From assembly GCA_964016885.1 (NCBI GenBank), contig OZ024748.1, forward strand, positions 17,732,001-17,796,000: a stretch of DNA of 64,000 nucleotides. The letters run 5' to 3'. The notes below the pieces were generated by a model, which was not told where the DNA came from, searched no databases, and saw only the letters and a program-made list of their open reading frames with translations. Positions 26,484-40,673 of the stretch are shown piece after piece (position 1 is the first letter of the stretch; each line of letters begins with the position of its first letter). The translations under genes and the position numbers were made by a program. The DNA is from Eledone cirrhosa (lineage: Eukaryota).

Positions 26484-29007
26484 CCACCACTACAACAACA
26501 ACAACCACTACTACAACAACAGCCCCCACCACAACAACAAGCATCACCACTACAACGGCCACCACCACTACAACGGCCACCACCACTACAACAACAACAA
26601 CCACCACCACTACAACCACCACCACTACAATCATAGGCCTTAAATAGGGTGGTCATGCCAGGAATGTCTTTCATCATAGATCTTCTTGATTAAGTTTGGT
26701 CTGTGAGATAACCAGTTATACATACCATTTGAGGGAGTTTCTATGTGGTCTTTCATCCTGCTAGAAATATCAGTGAAATCTTCCAACAAATTACTCTCAA
26801 TCATTTTAACATTTAACATTCGGTAACGATTTAGAAAATATTTTTAAAATAAGCTTCTTAATTCAAATGTTTACAGTATCGCTATTAGTGGACAGATTGT
26901 TGTGAAAATTTACAGTATTAAAGTAAACACTTTATTTGTTAATGAAATGCAGTCATAGTGTTGTTTCATACTTTACAAATAATGCAGTTTCATGTGATAC
27001 GCGGCATAAACCCTTTAGCATTTAAACCGGCCATATCTGGCCTAAATTCTCTCACCTCTTTCTGTTCAGACTGGCTTTAAGCAGCTGCTCATACTGATGT
27101 CAAGGTATTGTTCTCAAAATAAGTAACATCAAAATCTCATAGACTCGATAATATGTGAGGTAATTATGTGACGTAAAACACGTTACCATGAAAATAAAAT
27201 AGTATATATAGAGTAATGTAAATGCTAAAGGGTCAAGAGTTATGAATAGACAAAAAGACACTTTATATAACATAATCCTAAACATACGCCTCAACCCTTT
27301 AGCACTTAAACCAGTTGAATCTGGCCAGAATTCTCTCACCTCATTCTGTTCGAACTGGCCATAAGTAGCAACTCATATTTATGTTAAGGTATTGTTCTCA
27401 AAATAAATAATATCAAAATCTAATATATTCAATATTATGTGAGATAATTATGTGAAATAAAGTGTTTACTGTGAAAATACAATAGTAAATACAGATTAAG
27501 TTTGGTCTGTGAGATAACGAGTTACAAGGCTCTATATGTTTGTTTGATCTGCCTCCAAATTACACACCTGAGCCCTTTTGATACCAACCCAGCTCTGATA
27601 CCAAAACCAGCTCTGGTTCTATGAAACACAGCCATCTATCTGGGTTCCTGCTTAAAATCTTCCACCATAGTCTTCTACAAAACCATGTGTTAAATTGCAG
27701 TGATGTATTTGTTTTGCAAGGTTTTTGATGGGAAATCGTCTGTTGAAACAGATATTGGGGAGGGTCATATTGTCCAGGAGGGTCATATTGTCCAGGAGGG
27801 TCATATTGTCCTAATATTGCCAAAAAGTAGTAAAACACACTCACTATTTGGTTTGGTTTTCGCTTCAGTATATTTTTATATTTTTATAGATAATTTAGCT
27901 GGCAATCAATGTTTATTAACCAAGAGTTAAAAAATATAAATATAAATATAATTTCTTTCGTCACACATATCTGTGACATCTTCAGTGATATCATTGTGTT
28001 TCATCCTGTTGTATTCCTGTAACATTTTTTTCTTTTTTTTTTTTTTTCTCTCTTTTATTCTTTTTTTTTTTCTTTTTGTTCTCTTACCAATAAAGTAATA
28101 ATATTAAATCTGGCTCTGGTTCTATGACACAAAACCACCCATTTTCAAGGGTTCCTATTTATATTAATATCTTACACCATAGTTTCTGCTATATAAGAAT
28201 TATTTCTGATTTAGGTAGAAGGCCAACAATTTTTGGAGGAAACAGGAAAGTTGATTTACCCTTTAGCATTTACATTCGTCTGTATTTACTATTGTATTTT
28301 TGTGGTAAAGGCTTTATCTTACATAATTAGCTCATGTAACATTTATATTACTCTATATTTACTATTGTATTTTTGTGGTAAAGGCTTTATCTTACATAAT
28401 TAGCTCATGTAACATTTACATTCGTCTGTATTTACTATTGTATTTTTGTGGTAAAGGCTTTATCTTACATAATTAGCTCACATAATATCGAATCTATGAG
28501 ATTTTGATATTATTTATTTTGAGAACAATTTCTTAACATCAGTATGAATGGACCATTTGAACAAAAAGAGGTGAGAGAATTCTGGCCAGATACAGCTGGT
28601 TAAAATACTAAAGGGTTAAATCAACCCCATAATGATGAAATGCAAAGCTAACCTTGGCAGGATTTGAACTCTGAACATAAAAAGATATAACAAATGCCAC
28701 AAAACATGTTGTCCTACACTCTACTGATATAGCCAATCTGCCACCCTTTTCTGCTATATAATTAATAAAATAATCAATAGTTTTAGTAAATCCTTCAAAA
28801 TCACAGACTAAACACTTCATCACAAGGCTATATGTCTTCATGTTAGACATAACAGAGCGTAATTGGTCAAAAGTTTGATTTCCAGCTCAGAGTTGTGTCA
28901 CTGAACATGACATTTTATTTTACATTGTTCCAGTACTTTCAGATGACAAAAATAAATTGTAGCTGTGATTCAAACCTCCCTGAGTATTAAGACATGGTGG
29001 GTAGACA

Positions 29008-29670
29008 TGTCTGTTGAATACTCAGCCACTTACAAAATAATACAAAATGGACTATACTTGTAATTCAAAGGACCAGTCTTGTCACATACACTGTCACACT
29101 GAATCTCCCTGAGAATAACATTAAAGGTACCCATGTCTGTGGATTACTCAGCCACTTACAAAATAATACAAGATGGACTGTACCTGTAATACAAAGGACC
29201 AGTCTTGTCATATACTGTATCACACTGACTCTCCCTGAGAATAACATTAAAGGTACCCATATCTGTGGAATACTCAAACACTTATACAATAATATAAGAT
29301 GGACTGTACTGTAATACAAAGGACCAGTCATGTCATATGCTGTGTCATGCTGAATCTCCCTGAGAATTACAATACAGGTACGCATATCTGTGAAATGTTC
29401 AGCCACTTACACAATAATGATTTCTACTTTAGGCACAAGGCCAGCAATTTTTTGGTTGGAAGGGAAAGTCGATTAAATCAACCCCAGTGCATTACTGGTA
29501 CTTCATATTATCGACCCCGTAAGGATGAAAGACAAAGCTAACCTCAGCAGAATTTGAACTCAGAACGTAAAGGGCAATAACTCTATGCTGCAAAGCATGG
29601 CGTCCAACCCTCTACTGATACTGCCAATCCACTGCCCTACTTACACAATGATATAAGGTGGACTACAACC
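29008..29670. repeat. ~125-bp tandem repeat (3+ copies) interrupted by a SINE
   Basis: CTCAGCCACTTACAAAATAAT-like units recur at 29021, 29147, ~29272 and ~29398. Confidence 0.85.
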
Positions 29671-30222
29671 TGTCTTGTCACATTGCTCTAAACTACTCAA
29701 CTGACAAAAGAATGAAGTGTAGTTGTGATTCAAAACTTGTTTTGTTCATTTCATTATGTCAGAATGTCCTGTTGATCAAACTATTGAAATACTCATCGTC
29801 AGACTCGACAGAGGTCCATTAGACATTTCAAGCAATCACTAAGTTTGAAGAGAACAAATTATTTGAAACAATTTTTTTTTCAAATATAAAAGGAAAAAGC
29901 TGGTTTAAAATAGAAACTTTTATCTTTTCTAATTTTTTTTTTTTTTTGACTCAGTAAAAGTTTCTTCAAAAACAATAAAAAGAGCTGAAGGAAAGTTTTC
30001 CAAAGAGAAAAATCTTCCAAAGAGAAAAATGATCTCTTTGATTTCGGATTCCTCACATTCTCTTAGCCATTTTTTTTCCATTCCCACCATGGTATTCTAT
30101 ATAAATGGTTCTTTTTTGTGGCTCTCAATAGAATTGTTTACAGTATTATGTCAAAAACAATATATATATATATGTGTGTGTGTGTATATTATATATATTA
30201 TATATATATATTTATATATATA

Positions 30223-30268
<46 letters not shown>

Positions 30269-30269
30269 G

Positions 30270-31070
30270 GAAAAATTTGAACAGGGACAAAACAGAGAGG
30301 CAGTACAACGAATGTTTATTAATTTCACGCTCTGGAGAGTGGGGTGTTGGTGGGGGACGACGTTTCGGGCATAAGCCCTTCCTCAGGTGAGAAGTGTGTG
30401 GGAACAGAGTTCAAAGGGTGTGAGGGGAGTGGTGGAGAGACATATAGCGAAAGGAAACGGTGCGAATGAAAAAATAAAAAATAAAGATAAAAATAAAAAT
30501 AAAGCATGATCAAAATACAAGGAATGAGATAAATTTAAAAATAAAGGCATGATCAAAATAAACTGAAATTAAAAGGGGGGTAAACAGGTGGTGGAAGGGT
30601 GTGGGGTGTGTAGGGGTGGTGGCGGGTGGAGTGGGGAGTGGGAGACGGGGTGTTCGAGCAGGGAGGACTGAAGGTGGTGTGTGTGTGTAGGTGTGCGTGT
30701 GTGTGTGTGTATGTGAAAGTAAGGGTTGGGGGAAGAACGGAGTTGCATGTTCAGGAAGAGGTGTGTGTGCAGGGGGGGGGGGTCGGAATGTCTGTGCGTG
30801 TGTGGATAGAGGGGGGGAGAGGAATCAGGAGGCTGAGGGTGTAAATGTGTGGTGGAAAGCACGTGTGTGTGGGGTTTAAGCGTGTTGTGGGTGTAGGTGG
30901 CGTGTGGAGAAAAAAATTGTTGGGGGGTGTGTGTGTGTGGGTGAGTTATATAGGTGATTACGTAAGAGGATGTTTGAAAAGTTGGTAAATTCCGAAGATG
31001 TTTAGTGGATTGGTTGTCGGTCAATTTCTGCGTGTGGGTATTCCATGAAGCGATGGTCGGAAGAGGGGGG
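30270..31070 (-). mobile_element. PLE 3' remnant with HHR at 30356-30389
   Basis: CTGAGGA A GGGC-TTAT-GCCC GAAA CG TC on the - strand (weak stem I). Flanked by (TA)n. Confidence 0.55.
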
Positions 31071-31102
31071 AGATATATATATATTAACCACTAAGCCATG
31101 TG

Positions 31103-31155
<53 letters not shown>

Positions 31156-31844
31156 AGGCACATGGCTTAGTGGTTAGAGCATTGGCCTTGCAACCGAAAG
31201 GTTGTGAGTTCAATTCTCAGACCAGGTGATGTGTTGTTTCCTTGAGCAAGACACTTTATTTCATATTGCTCCAGCTTACTCAGCTGTAGAAATGAGGTGC
31301 AAAGTGGTCGTGTAGGTGCCACGGCAAAAAAGCACCCAGCACTCACTGTAAATGAGGTTGGTGTTAGGAGGGGCATCCAGCTGGAGAAGTCAAGCCAGAA
31401 TCAGTTCCCGTCCCACCCATACAAGCAGGAAAAGTGGACATGAAATGATGATATATATACATACATATATATATATTATATATTTATATATATATATTAT
31501 ATATTTATATATACATATATACAGCGTGGACTGTCTGGCGGGTTTTCTACAGCTGGATGCCCTTCCTAACACCAACCACATTTACAGTGTGGGGCTGGGA
31601 GGTTTTTACCGTGTTGCCTACACGGCCACATTTACAGCGTGGACTGTGTGTTTTTTGTCGTGACACCTACACGAATATATTTATATATATATATATTTAT
31701 ATATCATCATCATCATCGTTTAACGTCCATCTTCCACGCATGGGTATATTATATATTTATATATATATATATTATATATTATATATTTCGTTTCTGAATT
31801 TGTTTAGCAAGATTCTTTATCTGAAATCGTGTGTTGAAACCGAT

Positions 31845-32272
31845 ATTGTTATACTTTGGGAGGGTCATGTTGCCAATAAGAAACACACGCACCAGTTGCT
31901 TTCACTTCAATTTATTATATATTTATAAATTTATAAATTTACAAATCTACAAATTTATAAATTTCTGGTTGGTTGGTTGGTTCCACAACCAGATAGTTGT
32001 TTATATATAGTCATAGTCCTTTCGTCACACATTCTGTGACCTCTTCAGTGACTGGGGATTCCTTTCTTTGTTTCTGTGCCTTTCCTTTCTTCTGTCCTAC
32101 GCCAATTTTGAAACAAAAACAACTATCTGGTTGTGGAACCAACCAACCAACCAGAAATTTATAAATTTGTAGATTTGTAAATTTATAAATTTATAAATAT
32201 ATAATAAATTGAAGTGAAAGCAACTGGTGCGTGTGTTTCTTATTGGCAACATGACCCTCCCAAAGTATAACA
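31845..32272. mobile_element. Fold-back element with HHR at 32009-32053 (-)
   Basis: Arms 31845-32002 and ~32115-32272. AGTCA CTGAAGA G GTCACA..TGTGAC GAAA GGAC TA TGACT. Confidence 0.75.
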
Positions 32273-32519
32273 ATATATTATATATTTATATATATATATT
32301 ATATATTTATATATATATATTATATATTTATATATATATATTATATATTTATATATATATATTATATATTTATATATATAATATATATATTATATATATT
32401 TATATATATATATTATATATTTATATATATATATATTATATATTTACATATATAAATAAATAAATAAATAAATAAATAGATATATAAATAAATTATATAT
32501 AAATAAATAAATAGATATA

Positions 32520-33660
32520 TAAATAAATTATACAATTATCAAAGTTATGTTCAAATCATTTAATAGCTGACAATCGTTTCTTCCAAACTCTCGTTTGGAG
32601 TCATCGGAGCATTATCAATGTTTCCACATATAATTACCCTCCTACTGAACAATAATATAGATACATATAAATTGATGTTGTGAGCAACAGTTTCGTATTT
32701 ACAGGGTGGAATGGATGTGACATATATTTTACGAGAATTGTAAAATAATTGTACAAACATTCAAGTTCAAATCAAAATTAAAATTAAAATCAAAAGCACG
32801 GAGTGGAATACATGCAACAGTTAAAACAAGGGAATAGTCCAAATATTAAAGAGGCATTGAGGAAGCAGTTTTGAGAAAGGAAGAGTGCGATAACAAATCA
32901 TATGCAGGCGTGTGGATAGTGTGATTGCGTAAGTCATATACATGAGATAGAGACAAGCAAAGCTATTATGCATATATAGATGAATAAATACTGCAGTTGA
33001 AGCAAATATGTTAATGTATTAGAGTTTATGGTGGATGTTGAATGTTGATGATGTTCGAATTAATGTGTGTTGAGAAACAGAGTTTTTGCAGACTTTTCCA
33101 TGACATATGTTGAATTAAATTTTAGTTAATGTTTGTATTGAGTGTTTTAAGTTAGTTAGAGCAATGGATTGTAAATTAGTCTTAATGAATTCATATTCAT
33201 AGACTATATTTGATCAACCGTTAAATTTTCAATCGTTAATTTCCGGAAGTGAATAAGGGGAGCTAATGCATAAGGAGAGGTAACTAACTAATTAAGTTCA
33301 ATTCAGTTATTAAAATTCTTTGTTCTAATACCCAATATAATGTGATACCATTGGATCTCTGTTACATAACCCTGTATATTTATGCCTGATTTTAAATACA
33401 GTGTATTCTACTATCATACATTAAAGGTTTCTTTAGATTGTTATCTATTCATTACTGGACAAGGTATATGTTATGAAGGATTATACAGCTGTTAATATGT
33501 CATAATAAATATGCTATATGTGTAATAATATAATCCCTGTAAATAATATATGCTCTGTAAAACAACTGATGTTCATACATTGAGCTATTTCTCTTACTGG
33601 TAATAAGGTAATTAAGAAATTACTGACCTTCCTGTTTATAGTTGTTTATACTATATACAT
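32520..33660 (-). mobile_element. PLE 3' UTR remnant with HHR at 32561-32614 (CCGATGA core)
   Basis: GCT CCGATGA CTCCAAAC-GAGA-GTTTGGAA GAAA CGATTG TC AGC; homologous to 43252-43300. Confidence 0.65.
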
Positions 33661-33678
33661 AACTATAAATAGTATTAT

Positions 33679-33718
<40 letters not shown>

Positions 33719-33723
<5 letters not shown>

Positions 33724-34025
33724 GGAGGTGAGTTTTATTGTAGTACAATAAAGCAATGCAGATATCGGATAAGAAGCACTCTACAGTTTGTAGGACTGGA
33801 GTATGCATAATATAAGATCAAAAGATGGTTAAAGGAGTTCCATATATTTTATTATGCGCATTTCAAAAACAAACATCATCATGCAATAATATTTGTGTTT
33901 TCATCAGATAAAACAGGAGAACATGATATGAAGGCTAAAAAACACTTGTGGATAGTGCAGTTTTAAATCAACATATCCATAATAATATATGGAACTCCTT
34001 TAACCATCTTTTGATCTTATATTAT
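33719..34025 (-). mobile_element. PLE 3' terminus with HHR (33847-33913) and a short inverted arm
   Basis: Near-identical to the reverse complement of 59630-59890; (TA)n flanks. Confidence 0.85.
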
Positions 34026-34223
34026 ATATATATATATATATATATTATGGTTGGTGTTAGGAAGGGCATCCAACTGTAGAAAACCTGCCAGACAGTCCTA
34101 TGCGAGCAAGACAATCACTCTTGCCTCAAGTGGGACTACCCCCATCCAAACCCATGCAAGCGTGGAACACGGACGTTAAACGTTGATGATGATGATGATG
34201 ATGATATATGTGTGTGTGTATAG

Positions 34224-34259
<36 letters not shown>

Positions 34260-34701
34260 ATAGTACAGTAGTATATATACATATATATATTATATATTTA
34301 TATATATATATATATATATGTGTGTGTAGTACAGTAGTATATATATATACATATATATATATAACGTTGAAAGAGGTAGAAGGCTAAACAATGCAAATTG
34401 GACTTTAAGATGAGGTAACAAAAAGTAAAGTTACCTGGTAAGCTTTGATTTGTTTATTGTTGTTGTTGTTTTCTGTTCAATATTTTGGGACCTAAAAGTC
34501 CCTTCTTCAGGGTTTAAGGAACTTTCCAAATTTCCTTTCTTTGGGATTAAATTTTGATTTTGATTAAAAATGTTTCTAAGTCATTTTCAAGCGTTTTTCA
34601 CTCTTCACGAGAATGACATTTACTGCCAATATAGTATTTCGCGGAATCAATTTTCTTTTTTCTATGAGATGTTTAGTTTCTGTGCCTTTTGGTTTGTCTT
34701 T

Positions 34702-35345
34702 TTATGTTAGGTACTGTGTGCTGAGTGCAAATCTATTATCTGTTTGCGGGTTGTGTCTAAATATGAGCAAGGCTTCCTTAATTCTTAAATTTCCCACATT
34801 TCTATCACTGGCTTTAATCGTAACGGTAATATGTTTGGTGATGTTTCTACATTTGTCAATGTATTATTTAAATGAGGATGTGTGTGTTTTGAGGCGTTCT
34901 TTAATGCAAGTGTGGAGTGCTTGAGTCGTGCAACCAATGTAGAACTCCTTACATTTGCTGCATTCAATCCAGTATACCATATGTGTCTGCTGGCATATAC
35001 CTGTATTGCAGATAGGGCAGTTTGTCAGCGAGCATTGATTATTTTTGTCTCTTGATTGCTTTTTAGACAGATATCCACGCAGTGAGGGGCCGGAGTGTGC
35101 TAACTGTATGTCCAGTCCTTCTTTGTGGATAGCTCTGCGGATAGCTGTTGTTATGCTTCTGCTGAAATTTGATAATTTCATGAAGCAGGTGTTAGAGGAG
35201 GTTTATGTCTGTGGCACCTTCGGTTCTTAAGTTGATTCATTGTGGATGTTGGGTATCTGTTCGTCTTCAGTACATCCATAAAGTGTGCAGTGTAAGTGAT
35301 CTGATCTTCTGTCTTGCTACATTTATTGACCATGTGATTTGCATC
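34702..35345 (-). pseudogene. Penelope-like element ORF remnant (RT thumb, Cys-rich linker, GIY-YIG endonuclease)
   Basis: ...LKTNRYP..., CSLTNCPIC, VYWIECSKCKEFYIGCT, LRIKEALLIFRHNP. Frameshift near 35180 and an in-frame TAA at 34864. Degenerate HHR downstream at 34477-34515. Confidence 0.85.
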
Positions 35346-35585
35346 TAGAAAGTTCCCCTCTGAGGTACAAGTCCACGCAAAGTTGTTTGTGGAAGGACAG
35401 CAGTCGCCCATGCATACCAGTCTCCCCACTCTTCGTCACCAATGTTGTCCAAGGGAAAGGCTATGGCCAACTACAGCTTGGTACAAGTGACATCACAACT
35501 TATTTCTACAGCTGATTAAGAATTTAACTTCATGGCAAACATAAGTCTGGATTAAAAATATAATGTATAATATAATAATATAATG

Positions 35586-35619
<34 letters not shown>

Positions 35620-35621
<2 letters not shown>

Positions 35622-35916
35622 TGTTATACTTGGGGAGGGTCATATTGTTGTAATAATATTGCCAGAAATAATAACAGACCACACTCACTGTTTGGTTGGT
35701 TTTTGCTTCTGTATCTTTTATATCTCCACAGTTAATTTATTTGGCAATGAACATTTATCATTGACTGACCACCTGTTAAAAATACAGATATAAATATATA
35801 TATAGTCTATCAAAGTTCTTTCATTGCACATCTACAACATCATCAGTGGTACTATTATGTTTCTTCCTGTTGTATTGTATGTCTACACCATTTTTATTTT
35901 TATTTATTTATTTGAT

Positions 35917-35953
<37 letters not shown>

Positions 35954-36049
35954 CTGTTGATAGCCAAATAAATTAACTATGGAGATATAAAAGATACAGA
36001 AGCGAAAACCAACCAAACAGTGAGTGTGTTCTGTTATTATTTCTGGCAA
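35620..36049. mobile_element. Fold-back element of the GGGAGGGTCAT family with HHR at 35808-35851 (-)
   Basis: Arms ~35659-35745 and 35962-36049. CTGATGA T GTTGTA-GATG-TGCAAT GAAA GAAC TT. Confidence 0.65.
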
Positions 36050-36337
36050 TGGTGGATTGGCAGTATCGGTAGATGGTCGGACGTCATGCTTTGACGCATA
36101 GAGTTACGGCCCTTTCCATTCTGAGTTCAAATCCCGCCGAGGTCAACTTTGCTTTTCATCCTTACGGGGGGTCGATAAAATAAAGTACCAGTAATGTACT
36201 GGGTAATTGCTGGCCTTGTGCCAAAAGTAGAAAGAATTATTACAATATGACCCTCCCCAAGTATAACAATATTTGTTTCGACATGATTTCATATCAAAAA
36301 CCTTGCAGAACAAATTCATATATATATATATAATCAT

Positions 36338-36470
36338 CATTTTACGTCCACTTTTCCCTGCTTGCAAGAGTGGGACAGGTCCTATTCAGCATCTCTCCAT
36401 TCATCACGGTCCTTCGTCATCTCCTCTGTTAGCTTAAGCGATCTGAGGTCAGCTCTCACTGCCTCTGCTC
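36338..36470 (-). mobile_element. RTE LINE extreme 3' end
   Basis: Translates to EAVRADLRSLKLTEEMTKDRDEWR, similar to the 50301-51080 C-terminus, followed by an (ATG)n tail. A similar piece lies at ~37590-37750. Confidence 0.65.
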
Positions 36471-37204
36471 ATGATTTTTTTTTATGTATGATATATATGT
36501 TTGTTTTTTTTTAACCCAGACTTTTGTTTGCCATGAAGTGAACTTCTTAACCAGGCAGCTATGGCTGCAGAATATTTTATAAAAAAAAAGATAAAATGAG
36601 AAATAGAAGCCTAATGATTTTAATCAATAAGTTTAGATCGATTGGACGTGTTGAAATGTCTGTAGTTGCTCTTTTGCTTTAGAAATTGAAAACTGAGTGT
36701 GTCTGATAAGAAGATTAGATAAGACATGAGACACGCAGAGCAATATTTTACTGGATCGAATTACAGGGAATTTATTGGATTTTGTTTGAAAACAGAAGTA
36801 TTTTCATGTTTCAACAACTTCCTCCTACTCCTCTTCATTCTACTTGTCACAATCTAGATAGAATAGCAGATGGTAGAATCAATAAGTTATATATTCTGTC
36901 TTACTGGTTAAGGTGTTCAAGTCACTATCCTAAGGCTATGAGTTCAATTCCCAGACCATTATGTTCTTGAGAAAGACACTTCATTTCAAATTGATTTTCA
37001 TTTGGCAGTATCGGTAGACAGTCGGACGCCATGCTTTCCAGAATAGTTACATCCCTTTACGATCTGAGTTCAAATCCCGCCGAGGTTGACTTTGCCTTTC
37101 ATCCTTATGGGGTCAATAAAATAAAGTACCAGTAATGCACTGAGTAATTGCTGGCCTTGTGCCTAAATTAGAAACAGTTATTAAGCTGTAAACCATATCA
37201 TTAA

Positions 37205-37468
37205 CCTGTTGACTGCTGCATATATTTTACACAGCTACAGTTACTGTGCAGGGTTATTTTCAGTAAAATGACTATTTTTTTAAACAAACATTTATTAACA
37301 ACACATATCTGAATGATTGACAAATGTCACATCAATAAACTAGTAATCACATCTAGCTTTGACATTATGAAATGTTGTAAACAAGTTCATAACTTTGAAG
37401 TTATGAACTGTTGGAAAAGAGTTCAAACATGTTAGGACAAGTTATCTCGTCTACGGTGCTGAAGAGGT
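37205..37468. mobile_element. Possible piggyBac-like MITE
   Basis: TTAA-CCT...AGG-TTAA termini; the terminal inverted repeat is otherwise degenerate. Confidence 0.4.
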
Positions 37469-38325
37469 TAAAACATCCAAGAAACCTCATGTGATTGGCA
37501 ATCTCAAAGAAAATCAGCTAAACCTACATAGGTGTGTGATGTAACAACAACATAAGAGGGTGTTGTGCTTTACTTGAAGCATTGTGGCCTCATCATCTTC
37601 TTTACATCCATTTTTCCCTGCTTGCATGGGTTGGATGGGTCCTTCTCAGCATGGCATCTCTCCATTCATCGTGTTCCTTCATCATCTCCTCTGTGAGTCT
37701 CAGCAACTTGAGGTCAGCTCACACAATTTCTGCCCAGGTCTTTCTTCTGTAAAATATAGAAAATATTGGTTTCTGATTTAGTGATCTTGATGGTCTGCAA
37801 AGAAGGTAGAATTTATATTTATAATAGAGTAAATATAAAACTTGATTCATTCATTTTCTTACAACATGGAGATACTGTTTCAGCTGAGCAAATATTCATT
37901 GAGTCTCTTCAGAGATATAATTGTTTCTACTTTGGGCACAAGGCCATCAATTATCCCAGTGCATTACTGGTACTTTATTTTATCGACCCCGTAATGATGA
38001 AAGGCAAAGTTAACCTCGACGGGTTTTAAGAAAATAAAACAATTGACTTATGTGTGTATATATATCTTATGAATGAAACAGTTCTAATCCTGTAAAAGTC
38101 ATTGTTATAATAAAATAAAGATGCCTATGCTGTGCTGAATAGCACCCGTCCCACCCTTGCAAGCAGGGAAAAGCGGACGTAAAATGATGATGATGATGAT
38201 GATGATATATATATATATAGTAATAATAATAAATTTGAAGAGTAAAATCCAAAGAGGGCTCGATAAGGATAAATATATATCAAATATATAAGAACCGTAG
38301 AGCAAATATTTAATCTGTTATTTTA

Positions 38326-38380
<55 letters not shown>

Positions 38381-38649
38381 CTGTTTTAACGGCTGTTCTA
38401 GCGATCAGTTTTATCATTTTTATATGTATTCAATATATGTGTGTGTGTGTATGTGTATATGTGTGTGTGTGTGGTTTGTGTCACATTAAACAATATACAG
38501 CACTAATGTTCTTTCAACAATTTTTTTACTATATATGCACACACACATATATTTAAATAAAATACCACACACATGAATATATATAAATATGATACCACAC
38601 ATATAAATATATATAAATATGATACCACACACATATATAAATATTATAC

Positions 38650-38682
<33 letters not shown>

Positions 38683-38795
38683 TAATATGATACCACACAC
38701 ACACATATATATAAATATGATACCACACATATATAAATATATATAAATATGATACTACACACATATAAATATATATATATATATAAATATTATAC

Positions 38796-38857
<62 letters not shown>

Positions 38858-39265
38858 TGATACCAAACACTTACATATATATATATATAAATATGATAGC
38901 ACACACATATAAATATAATACAATCCTGCTAATTGTAAATAACAAAACAACTCTAGTATATTATCCAATAAAAAACAGCACACTTAACTTACACAAGGCG
39001 TATATTTGCAGACATATTTTTTTCTTTGAAATATATTCTTTTAAGTAGATTTTCATGTTTGAGATAAAGTTTTACGGAAGCTACAAGCAATGAATTCAAA
39101 TATATTTTAACAGTGAATAATATTTCTTTGTCTGGAAGAAAATAGTTTTCTTTGTTTTTAAAAACTCATGGTTCTTCTTCTCTTATCTTTATGAGCTCAA
39201 CACAACGCAACTGTTGTCAGTGTTGTTGTTGTCATCATCATCATTATTACTATTATTATTATTAT

Positions 39266-39306
<41 letters not shown>

Positions 39307-39691
39307 CTAGTAGTAGTAGTAGTAGTAGTAGTATTAATATTGATGGTGGTGGATTTGGTAGAATTGTTAGAGCTGTGACCAAAATAGTTTGTGATATTTT
39401 TAGTAATAACCTTCTACATTCTGAGTTCAAATCCTGCTAAGTTCACCTTTGCCTTTCATCCTTCCATGGTCAATAAATGGCTGACTCCAAAATGGTTGAC
39501 TAAATATACACGTTTTTTTTTCCTCAAATTTTTTTCATGTTTCTTCCTCTTCTCACTATAACTTTCTGTTTCATTTTTTTATTTCTCGTTCTGTCTTCCA
39601 ATGAAAGAGTGGTGTCCAACACGTTAAGACTCTTTTCTTACCATATCAAGCATTAAACTAGTATATTTCTTCATTGTACTGTGTTGTTTGT

Positions 39692-39970
39692 GGAGGCACG
39701 TGGCCTAGTGGTAAGGGTGTTGGACTTACGATCATAATGTCGTGGGTTTGATTCCCGGGCTGTGTGTTGTGTTCTTGAGCAAAATACTTCATTTCACATT
39801 GCTCCAGTATACTTAGCTGAAAATTAGTACCAGCAAAAGGTGAGGGTTTAACCATGCGATGGACTGGCGTCCTGTCCGCAGGGGAGTCTTGTACTCTCAG
39901 TCGCTTCATGCCATGAAACTGGGATAAACACCTGCCAAATGACTCTTCTGGCTTAAGACAGACTTTAGAC
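39692..39970 (+). mobile_element. tRNA-derived SINE with a Meta-domain-like body
   Basis: A-box TGGCCTAGTGG, B-box GGTTTGATTCC, GCGATGGACTGGCGTCC...GTCGCTTCATGCCATGAAACTGGGATAA. Second copy at 42873-43152 (-). Confidence 0.75.
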
Positions 39971-40147
39971 TGTGGTGTTTGCTTTGTTGTTTCCATTTAC
40001 TTTTTGCATACATACATATATATACATATATTTACATATATATATACATATACATTCTAAACCCATGCTAGCATGGAAGATAGATGTTAAACGATGATGA
40101 TGATGATGATGATGATTCTACAGGTGGTATGGTGGTAATTTTGTTAG

Positions 40148-40189
<42 letters not shown>

Positions 40190-40673
40190 CATACAATATA
40201 TCTTTAGATATACAAAATTCACATAGATGTATGTATACAGCTATGCCGAAGCTAAATTTTAATTCTACTTTTAAGTTGAGCCAAACTTATACAGCTTCAT
40301 ATGCAAATGAGGCTAATCAGCCCATTTACACAGGCAAAAAAATGTTTTCACCTGTTTCAAGCTCCAGCAGAGAGCTAGAGCTCGAAATGTATAGACAATT
40401 ATCCTCCACTACTTCTGCTTGAATCCACTAGATGGTGCTGGCCATCAGCGTTCTCTTCATAGCTGGGCATTCAAAATGTTTATTTATTAAAAATACCTTA
40501 TATCTTTAGACATATGAAATTTACATGCATGTATTTATACAGCTATGCCGAAACTAAATGTCAAATTTATATATATATTAACTTGATTAAAATAACAAGA
40601 AAGATGAACAGACCTTTTCAAAACTTAATTTTTAATTTTTAATTCTTTTTAATTCTTTTTAATTGTAATATTC

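Noticed and set aside
34864-34866. Selenocysteine read-through in the PLE ORF
   Set aside because: The internal stop is TAA, not TGA, and the ORF is also frameshifted.
36051-36145. tRNA genes at SINE heads
   Set aside because: A and B boxes are present, but there is no cloverleaf and the sequence continues into the SINE body.
40334-40400. Hairpin flanked by GAAA on both strands, resembling an HHR
   Set aside because: No CUGANGA or UUGANAA core on either strand.
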